Shown: in pieces, positions 46,573 through 56,689 of the stretch
Layout: every line of letters starts with the position of its first letter
How positions within the stretch are numbered: the stretch's first letter is position 1
Assembly (NCBI RefSeq): GCF_006345805.1
Contig: NC_043004.1
Coordinates: 6,448,001-6,512,000, forward strand
Length of the DNA: 64,000 bases
Direction: 5' to 3'
Source of the DNA: Octopus sinensis
Taxonomy: Eukaryota
The notes under the pieces: model-generated
Databases searched by the model: none
Told to the model about the DNA's origin: nothing
Seen by the model: the letters and a program-made list of their open reading frames with translations, nothing else
Made by a program: the position numbers and the translations under genes

Positions 46573-47570
46573 TATGTGTATGTATGTATGTATGTATGTA
46601 TGTATGTATGTGTATATATATATAATATTAGGGAGTATAACTCCAAACTTACAGGGAAAAATTCAATTTAATATCAAATCATATATATATGATTTGATAT
46701 TAATATATATATATATTAATAGTTTTATAGTCAGTTTGATTACTGTTTGTGTAACACTACTTTTATGTTTCCTATTTGGGAATAGATAATAAATATATTT
46801 TACTTTTGAAGTAGGAATATATATTGATAAACACGTCACTTATACCTTACTTATAAGTGTTATCATTATACATAAATTCTGACTCCAGCTACATAAACAC
46901 CATATCGAGAAATATATACTCTGAAATGCTAGTGGACATTTTATGCGTGCATGTATGTTGAAGATAAATAAATTCGTGTTCTTTTGACCGCTATAAAAAA
47001 ATACACAGTTTCATAATTGCAGAAATAAATTTCATTAACAAGTTGAAGAACGAGAAGAAAGAGAAAATAATTACTACATTATTTTATTTATGTACATTTA
47101 GCATTTATAGTATAATTGGAAAGTAAAGTCATTTTGTCATAGAGAATTACAACTTAAAATTCACACTAGCTAATCCTTCATGCTAACTACTAGAGTTCAC
47201 AACAATTCAAATAAGTCTTATTGGATTTTTATCAAAGACATGGCATAAAAATTAGCCAATATCTCAATGGGTGATTGTTGTGGAGTTTAGTAACATCCAA
47301 CGATCACCGATTAATTTCCCCAAAATCAGGGTTTTTATAACTGCTCATACCTGAATTCTAAGAACCGTATTTCGTGAAAGAATACTCTTTGACAAAAGTT
47401 TAGAATTCAAATATGGGCAGTAATTTTAACCAAAGGGATTACCAACAATTATGCTTGTTTGGACAAACGACCATTACGTCATATTGCTGCCTTTTATGAC
47501 TTTCTACAATAGTAATGGTAAGACAACAAAAGAACGAAAGAGACCTCGATATTATGTAAATAGAGGAATT

Positions 47571-48140
47571 TATCTGTAATATAATATCTGACAATTATTC
47601 AGTTCCCATAATAAAACTCTGAGTTTTGGATGTCGGAGCAGAAACCTGCACCGACATTTCTTTAGTTATTGAAGCAATCAAAATATGCCGCTTTTTAATG
47701 ATAAAGTAGGCATAGGCAATCTCATATTTTGTTTGCCTCAATAACTGAAGAGATGCCAGTGTAGGTTTCTGCCCCAACATCCAAAACTCGGAGTTTTATT
47801 ATGGCAACCGAATAATTATCACATATTATAAAGACCCCCTTCAGTCATGAATGACCATGGGATTGCACCTAGAAAGTTACCCTCCTAGACACAAGTCCGG
47901 GCAAGGTTGTTTATGGAAGGCCAGCAGTCGCCCATGCATACCAGCCTCCCCTCTCCACGCCACCAGTGTTATCCAAGGGAAAGACAAAGGTCAATACAGC
48001 TTGGCACCAGTGACGTCGTAACTCATTTCTACAGCTGAGTGAACTGGAGCAATGTGAAATAAAGTGTCTTGCTCGAGAACACAACACGCAGCCCAGTCCG
48101 GGATTCGAGCTCACAACCTCACATATTATATTACGGATAT
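47571..48140. mobile_element. MITE-like foldback (about 107-bp arms) with a SINE inserted in its right arm
   Basis: 47580-47686 is the reverse complement of 47723-47830 apart from mostly transition mismatches. The arm resumes after 48130 (ttacggata versus tatctgtaa). Confidence 0.75.
47831..48118 (-). mobile_element. SINE family C with 12-bp target-site duplication
   Basis: tcacatattata at 47819-47830 and 48119-48130; body matches 31326-31625. Confidence 0.85.
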
Positions 48141-51100
48141 ATATATATATATATATATAGATATATATATATTATGAGAGAGAGATGGTGTTAGTATGCA
48201 TGTATTTGTATCATGTCTTGACATCACATGATTGTTGCAAATGAATGTCATTCACTTCCCTTATTCTGTGAAAACCTGTCTTGCTATGATTGTAGGCGAT
48301 CTATTTCTAGCATATTGGATGTCCACTTAGTGGTCATCTCTTCTTATATGCATGTAATACAATATTTCTGAATTTTCAGATTTTTTATATATGCTAGGCC
48401 ACTGGTTTTAAATTGATGTTAATTAAATTAATATTCAATTTATCACCCTCATTATTTAAATATATATATACATATATATAATTTAAAAACTACAAAGTAA
48501 CATACCGTTAACTAGACAGACTATAAACCTTTTAAATGGAATGTCATGTTAACAATCCCTCCAATGTTTATCATGTGAACTTAAATAATCAGTTCAGATA
48601 TATGTGTGTGTGTGTGTGTATGTAGTTATCTATCTCTTATAAAAACTAAACATTAGTGTTTTCAAAAGTATTTCTACAATCTCTGAATCAACAGTTTTGG
48701 CTGCTATTTAACAAAACTGAATCAATAAAGCATTATTGTTTGAAGTTGTGTCGTTATAGATTTCCTATCACCGATATTCTCTCAAAGGTATCTAGTTGAT
48801 CTTCCTAATTTCCACAACAGTGAACAAGCTCAGTAACATACTCAGTTGAGTCATGATTGAACCAGTTTTCTTGCATGAAACAAAGAATACAATGGCGAAT
48901 GCCTATGATTTTTTTATGTATAGCAACTTGGGTGTGTAAAATATTTTATATCTATAAATGAAGCATATTTTTGTAGGTAGGGCTAGGTTATTTAGTAGCA
49001 AAGTTAAAAATTGCTCTTTAGTACAAATATATACTGGCAGTGTAGTTTATTACATCTGGGGTGGTGGTAATTGTTGTATTTATGATAAAAGATATTTATG
49101 GGTATATTGTGTATGTGTGTGTATAAGAAAAATGTGAAATGAATGTTTAAGAAAGATGTCAAATTAAAAAAAAAATACATGTAATTTTCTGGAATTTGAA
49201 GGTCCAGCATATTAAACATGTAATTATACACAAAATAAGTGAAATTATTTGTCACTTTAACTAACCCCTGAAGAATAACTTATGGAAGAATACTTAATAA
49301 TAATAATAATAATAATAATAATCTTTTCTACTATAGGTACAAGACCTGAAATTTGTGGGGAGAGGTAAATCAATTTCACTGCTATTTAATTTATTGACCC
49401 CGAAAGGATGAAAAGCAAAGTCGACCTCCGCAGAATTTGAGCTCAGAATGTAGTAGCATATGAAATAGCACTAAGCATTTCACCCGGCATACTAATAATT
49501 CTGCCAGCTCACCACCTTAATAATATTAATAATAAAGCTGAGTTTTCTTTCACCTGGGAACTTAGATTATGTCAGACATAGTAGAATTGTTTTCATTCAA
49601 AGCATGTGTCAATCTCTAATTGTAAATTCGGTTTTGATACTGGCTTGAAATATTTAATTTCAAACTTATGTAGCCTATATTTGCTTAGAGAGAGAGGGCA
49701 TTGTCAGCAGTAACTACCTTATTTATAACTTAACAATGACTCACAGGATAGTGTTACTGCATCTCCAATGCATTACTCAACTTGTTTAGGAATCCTGAAT
49801 CTGGTTGTAGGTAGGGCTAGGTTATTTAGTTGTTGGAGTAGTGAGGGGTACCACCCAAAAATCATTCTGATATTCCATTGCATTCTTTTACATTTATCAT
49901 CATCATCATCATTTAACATGTTTTGCATGCTGGTATGGGTTGGACAGATTGACAAGATCTGATGAGCTGCAGGGCTGTGTCAACCTCCAGTATCTGCTTT
50001 TTGCATAGTTTCTAAGATACCCTTCCTAACATCAACCATTTTACTGTGAGTTCAAATCCCATTCAAAATCAACTTTGCCCTTTCATCTATCTCAGGTGAA
50101 TTAAATATTGGTTTCAAATTTTGGCACAAAGCCAAGCAGTTCAGGGCAGGGGTTAAGTTGATTACATTGACCCCAGTGCTCAGTTGGTACTCATTTTATC
50201 AACCCCAAAAGGATGAAAGGTAAAGCCAACCTTGGTGGAACTTGAACTCAGAATGTAAAAATAGATAAAGTACCGCTAAGCATTTTGCCCAGCATGCTAA
50301 CGGTTCTACCAGCTCGCTGCCTTAAGATCAATTAAATATTCACCAGTCAGATAGAGTTAAACTGACCATAGCCTTAAACCACATCATTTTTGGCCATGTA
50401 CCAGTCGAACTTATGAGGAAACCATGTTGCTTATTCCCTTTGTTTTATTCTTAAATAATTGTAACTTTTTTGTACAACCATGATTAGTAGTAGTAGTAGT
50501 AGTGGTGGTGGTGGTGGTGGTGGTAGTAGTGGCAGTAGTAGTAGTAGTTATTTAACTCCAACCACACCCGTCTCATCTTTTTGCTATCTAAGAATACCAT
50601 ATCTTGACCCTGGTGAAGATTTATCTCTCAACTGTTAAAATGCATGGAAATCAGAGATAACCACCACCCACTGAGAGCCTTCGAGGGTGGTACTCCAGCA
50701 TGGCTGCAATCGAATGACTGAATCAAGCAAAAGCTAAAAGATAAAGTGATGTTAACATAAACACCTATTTGAAACAGAAAAGAGAAACAAAGTTACTAAC
50801 AGTCAAGATCCAGGGTTCAGATCTTGTCACATGACATTTCTTATTATTTCTCTGCTCTGTTTCAAACTGGTGCTTTTTTACAATGTCTAGTATTTAGATG
50901 ATACTTAGTACTAGATTCATAGTATTAACAAAACAAATTATGGATCTTCAACCATCTGTTGTACATAACACGCTTAGAAAAATTGCATGTAATGCAAATA
51001 ACTGGGTGAGGTAATGTATGAAGATTTTGATTTAAAAGAAATATTTTAATAGTGGCATAGCTTCATTATCTGCAAAAGAGTTGAACCTTATACTAGTAAT

Positions 51101-52019
51101 CTATTATCTTACCGACTCTCTCATTTTACTGTCACTATTGTACAGGGGACTTGTGTACTGAACGCGGAGCTGATAAATGTAGAAACTAAAAACGAAAGAC
51201 TGAATACATTTTACCTAAGAGATAAGACTGACATGAAATAAAACATTACATTTTTTAATTTTTTTGAAGGAAGGCTTTTTCTAAAGCAGATGTAAATTGT
51301 GTGATTCGGAAATGTGCTTCCCAACCACATCGTTTCAGGTTCAAACCTATAGTATGGCACATTAAGCAAATGTCTTCTATCATAACCTTGGACTGACTAA
51401 AGCCTTGTAAGTGAATTTCATAGACAGAAACTCTGTAAAGTGGTTGGCATTAGGAAGGACATCCAGCCATAGAAATCTTGCCAAAACAGACAATAGGAGC
51501 TTGGTGAAACTCACTCCAGCTTGCCAGCTCTTCTCAAACTATCCAACACATGCTAGCATGGAAAACAAACATTAAATGATGAAGATGATAAGGATGATAC
51601 ACAGACACACACACAAACACACACATTTGATTAATGAGCAAGATGGAAGATACGAGAATGTTTTGATCATCTAATGTTGATTCCTCATGGGTGGGAGATT
51701 GAACATCTTTTAACTGAGGAAGGTTTACGTAATAGATGCATTTCCTATTACATATTATGCAAACCTGAAACATATGTATTAAATAATTTTAAAATATCAC
51801 TATTTGGTTTGACTTCATTATTACAACTTATATGACTCGATGCCAGTACAGACTGATCAGTCTAGACTCCACTTATGTGGATACTCTAACAATGATTTGG
51901 AATAGTTTGTTATATTTGACTCGAGTTGAAAAAATTCTGGTATTGTGCAGTTCTTCCTAGCATAACACAAAATATACGTGCATAGGTGTGTGTGTGTGTG
52001 TGTGTGTAAAAATAATGTA

Positions 52020-52280
52020 TATCTGTGAGTGTGTATATGTTTTTGTTTCCTTGTCTTGGCATCATATGATTGTTGTAGATGAATATAATTCATTTCCAAT
52101 GTTCTACTTAATCATATCTGACCATGGGGAAATATTACCTTGCTTGGGAACAAGAGAGTTTTTGGTGACAGGAAGACCATCCAACTGTAGAAAATCTGAA
52201 CTGCATCCAATCCATGCAAGCATGGAAAAGTGGATGTTAAAAATCATGACAAGGGTGATGATGATGATGATGATGATGAT
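52020..52280 (+). mobile_element. SINE-like family D
   Basis: Matches 11200-11420; ends ccatgcaagcatggaaaagtggatgttaaa...(gat)n. Confidence 0.65.
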
Positions 52281-52764
52281 TTACACTTCATTTTTTGTAA
52301 AAAGTGAGTGTTTGATAAATTTTGTGGACAAGAACTGTATTAATCAAACAACTAACCCAAAGTAGTTACTAATTTTTCTGACTGTAATCAAGAAAGGAAA
52401 TTATCAAATATTAAGAGAAAAACCATCTGTTAGTTTTACAATATTCTTCTGGTATGTTACAACAACAAAGGAGAAATACTGAAAGGTAAAGACAGGTGAT
52501 GAAAGAAATGTAAAAAGAATATTCATTCACATGTTTTTAAAAATAAGTTTTGTATGTAGGGTGACACACTTTCAACTATGAAGTAAGAGTGGCATACATT
52601 TTTTTGGATATGTCTGGCAAACTAAAGATACAAAGTTATGTACTTTAGCCATTGTTGCAGCTTGTTAGTTCTGGTTCAAATTCTTTTATCTTTTACATAC
52701 TTCTGTCATTGGTTTGTAGCTATTCTGGGGCACTACCTTAAAGAGATTTAGTGAAATAAAAAAC

Positions 52765-53170
52765 TTACTCTTTTACTTGTTTCAGTCATTTGACTGTGGC
52801 CATGCTGGAGCACCGCCTTTAGTCGATCAAATCAACCTCAGGACTTATTGTTTCTAAGCCTAGTACTTATTCTATCGGTCTCTTTTGCCGAACCACTAAG
52901 TTAAGGGGACATAAACACACCAGCATCGGTTGTCAAGCAATGTTGGGGAGACAAACACAGACACACAAATATATGCACACACACATATATATATTTATAT
53001 ATACATATATACGACAGGCTTCTTTCAGTTTCCGTCTACCAAATCGACTCACAAGGCTTTGATCAGCCCAAGGCTATAGTTGAAGACACTTGCCCAAGGT
53101 GCCACGCAGTGGGACTGAATCCGGAACCATATGGTTCATAAGCAAGCTATTTACCACACAGCCACACCTA
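52765..53170 (-). mobile_element. SINE family A, full-length
   Basis: Reverse complement of 11930-12310-type copies. Confidence 0.85.
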
Positions 53171-53934
53171 CACCTATTTCTGTACTTATTCTTTAAGTCT
53201 GGTGTTTATTATATCAATCTCTTTTGCAGACCCTTTAACCCTTTAAATTATGGAGATATAAATAAACAAATACTGGTTATCAAGCTGTGGGAGTAACACA
53301 CACACACACACACACACCACCACCACATAAAAAGCACCCAATACACTCTGTAAAGTTGTTGGTGTTAGGAATGGCATCAACCTGTAGAAACCATGCCAAA
53401 ACAGACAACTGGAACCTGGTGCAGCTCCCCAGGTGGCCAGTTCGATGTCACATCATCCAACTCATGCCAACATGATGTTAAATTATAGTGATTATGATGA
53501 TGATATGATTGGCTTCCATACAGATTCCATCTGCCAAATTCATTCACAAAGAATTGATGAGTCTAGGGCTATAGTAGGCAGCACTTGCCCAAAGTGCCAT
53601 CCAGTAGGACTGAACTAGTGCAGGATTAACCATTACACAAAATAAGCATGTGCCTTGGACATCAAAGGAAGTGGAGTACCACAGAAATATTAAATGGTTT
53701 ACAACTTAGCATCAGCATGCAAAATAAGCATTATTTTATCCAACTTACTCTTAGTTTTGTATCATTTTGAAAAATAAAATTTTATTTTATGGTGTATTAT
53801 TGTTTATATTTTGAATTACGTATATATGGGGCACCAAAATCTTTTAAGTGCTTTGGGCCTCTATAGTTCTTAATCCAGTGCTGGATTGAACCTTGTAGTT
53901 ACAAAGCAATCTTTTCAACCACACAGTGTCCCAA

Positions 53935-54274
53935 TCATTATCAGTTATAGAAAATTGTTCAATTTTCTATTTTGTAGATCAGTGACTAGTTCTCACTTTG
54001 AAAACTATATATTTCGAACAGGAATTTGGCAGTGCCACCTCTAGCCGAACAATTATTCTGAGCTGATGAAGGGAAATAACCTGGAAATCGCAATACACAG
54101 ATATTGTTTTAAGCTGGGTGGGGGTGCTAAATGCCCTTGTTCAAAAATATAAGGATACAGATCGTGTCATATAGCCAGCTGGAGACGATGTCTCTTGGGG
54201 CTAAATTACAGCAACATTTGTCCTAAACCAGGACTACCATGTTATGTTGGCAAATAATCTTCATTATCAGTTAT
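53935..54274 (+). mobile_element. Diverged member of the hammerhead element family (326-bp unit bounded by a 14-bp direct repeat)
   Basis: tcattatcagttat at 53935-53948 and 54261-54274. Colinear similarity to 17350-17714, including ttcgaacagg and the same hairpins. Confidence 0.7.
54056..54101 (+). ncRNA. Type I hammerhead ribozyme, canonical CUGAUGA core, partly degenerate
   Basis: Stem I UCUGAG/CACAGA (one mismatch); CUGAUGA at 54063-54069; stem II AGG/CCU plus an extra G; GAAA at 54084-54087; stem III AUCGCAAU; AUA triplet. Confidence 0.6.
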
Positions 54275-54524
54275 GATTATATTCAATATGTGAAGACGCA
54301 TGGCTTAGTGATTTGGGCATTCGGCTCATGATTGTAAGGTCGTGAGTTCAATTACCAGCGATGTGTTGTGTCCTTGAGCAAGACACTTTATTTTACATTG
54401 CTCCAATCTACTCAGCTGGCAAAAATGAGTAGTACCTATATTTAAAAGGACCATAGTTAACTATCAGTACTTCCTTATAGCCTGACACCATAATAATATT
54501 ACATACGCAAAAGTGATTATTATT

Positions 54525-54860
54525 TTTATTATTATTTTACTTCTCAGAGCTCTCAGTCTTACTTGCTCTGGTTGATTCTATGAGAGCAGACAGTAACCTT
54601 TTGGTAGAGGTTTCAAGGGTCTCTTTCTGCAAATTGTAAGCTTTGGTACTTAGATGTTAACTTACCATGGAAGACACTCAACACCCAAGCACCAATCTCA
54701 AAATCCTAGCTGTTCTCAATAGAGCGTTTTTTTGGGTCTGCTCTGCCCTCATGTCAATTCCAATTTCTCCAACATATTTTTCAAACTTGGTTGTTTGTGC
54801 TCTGAGTGCTCCTACAACTACTGGGATAACAGTTATTCTCCTTGTTTTGAGTGTTCCCTA
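54525..54860 (-). mobile_element. 5'-truncated R4/Dong-clade LINE 3' end (different subfamily), flanked by TAA repeats
   Basis: RITVIPVVVGAL...FEKYVGEIGI...QKNALLRTARILRLVLGC*. Confidence 0.7.
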
Positions 54861-55519
54861 TTATTATTTAAAGTGGCAAGCTGGCAGAATCATTAGCACA
54901 CCAGGCAAAATACCTAGCAGTATTTTGTCTGCTGCTGTTCTGAGTTCAAATTCCACTAAGGTCGACTTTAACTTTCATCCTTTTGAGGCCAACTAAATAA
55001 GTACCAGTTACGCACTGGGGTCAATGTAATGATTTAATCCCTTCCCCAAAATTTCAGGCCTTGTGCCTACAGTAGAAAGGATTATTATTATTGTTGGTGT
55101 TATGGTTATGGCAATGAGCTGGCAGAACCCTTAGAGTGTCAGATGTATGTTTTGCTTTAAAGGATCATTATTTATAAAGCAGTGACATACATACATACAT
55201 AGATACTTGTAGCACACATGTATATACGTGCAGAGTGAAAATAAATCACACTATTTAATGTGACGGACTACACTGCAAAAAAATCAAAAATTTCATTTCT
55301 GTTTACAAACTTTCTCCGTGTCTATACGCACAAATACTTTTATGTATACACACGCAATATTTAAGAAAAAAAGGAATATACACAAAAAAGAACGAAACAT
55401 GTGTATATACACACACAATATTTAAGAACAAGGAATATACACAAAAAAGAACGAATCAAAAACAAATATTTTATATTTTACTTTTATCGTATTGTTGTTT
55501 ACATTTTCTGTCTCTACGG

Positions 55520-56689
55520 ATGACCAGAAGCAACAGAATCGCCATGGTGAAATCCATAGCGGCGTGCGATAAGACTGGTCGCTGCTCTAAAATAGAACAC
55601 TGCCCAGAAAATCACACCTGCCACATCTGTACGGAACCCGAAAATACGTTCCGTAATCGCTGGGTCGAATGTGGGACATGTCTCATCTCTGTCTGCCTCC
55701 AATGTGCCACGGACTTTCAGAAGATCCCAGGCCAAAAAAAGAGCCATCATAATGCTATGATGGATAGACTCTGGAAGATGGTTCAGCTTAAATCTTGGAC
55801 TTTTCAGTGTCAGGCCTGCGTGCCTCCACAACCGACGATTGTGTCTCCCCCTGCCACTCCCGTGGAGGAGGCGGAACAGCAACAACAACAACAACAGCAG
55901 CAACAACAAAATCAACCACAACCAGAGCAGCAGCAACAACAACAACAGCAGCAACAACTAGAGCAGCAGCAGCAGCAACAACAAAATCAACCACAACCAG
56001 AGCAGCAGCAACAACAAAATCAACCACAACTAGAGCAACAGCAGCAACAACAACAACACCAATTGACCAGTGCGGTTCTTGCAGAACTGCAACAATCGAT
56101 CTGTGCTTTAAAAGGGGAAGTAGCAGGAATAAAAGCAACCATTCAGGTTGGACTCCACAATGAGGGGTCTTATCGGAATGCTCTGCTAAAGAACCTCCCT
56201 GTACCTGTACCTCTTGTCGCATTTAAGACCGCGGATTCTGCCACCCATGAAGTCATTGCCATTGGGGTGCCAGAAGACATGGCTGATCTTCAGGCTTTTG
56301 CTGCCAACTCAGCCAAAGACCTAGGCTGCGTTCCCCCAACGGGTGCTATCCGCCTTGGACGACCTGGCCCAAAACCTAGGCTCATCAAGTTGTCTTTTAC
56401 GGACCACACTGAGGCAACCTCTTACCATCTGGCCTCAGTTAAAGCTGGGCGTGAAAATCGGACCACCTTCCGAACACGCCCAGGCTTACCGTCCGATGTA
56501 CGTCCGAAGCTACGTGTAGTGGCTTCCCTGAATAGGAACTCAGCTCTACAGGAAAGCTTCAGTCTTCGGGAAGATGGACAAATCTGGAGATTTGTCAAGA
56601 CTGCTGAAACGTGGAAGAGAGATACCAGCTGGTCTGAGTGCTCTCTACCCACAATAACTAAAAAGACTACAGCAACTCAGGGAAACTAA
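55520..56689 (+). CDS. LINE ORF1 protein, 389 aa: PHD-like finger, poly-Q linker, coiled coil, RRM-like region
   Basis: CHIC...CGTC...C..C...CQAC; about 60-aa Q-rich tract; LAELQQSICALKGEVAGIK; IGVPE...RLGRPGPKPRLIKLSF. Frame intact. Confidence 0.85.
   Translation: MTRSNRIAMVKSIAACDKTGRCSKIEHCPENHTCHICTEPENTFRNRWVECGTCLISVCLQCATDFQKIPGQKKSHHNAMMDRLWKMVQLKSWTFQCQACVPPQPTIVSPPATPVEEAEQQQQQQQQQQQNQPQPEQQQQQQQQQQLEQQQQQQQNQPQPEQQQQQNQPQLEQQQQQQQHQLTSAVLAELQQSICALKGEVAGIKATIQVGLHNEGSYRNALLKNLPVPVPLVAFKTADSATHEVIAIGVPEDMADLQAFAANSAKDLGCVPPTGAIRLGRPGPKPRLIKLSFTDHTEATSYHLASVKAGRENRTTFRTRPGLPSDVRPKLRVVASLNRNSALQESFSLREDGQIWRFVKTAETWKRDTSWSECSLPTITKKTTATQGN

Noticed and set aside
55266-55277. 12-mer gactacactgca shared with the ribozyme stem I at 17495-17506
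   Set aside because: No hammerhead core follows; a single 12-mer match in 64 kb is weak evidence.
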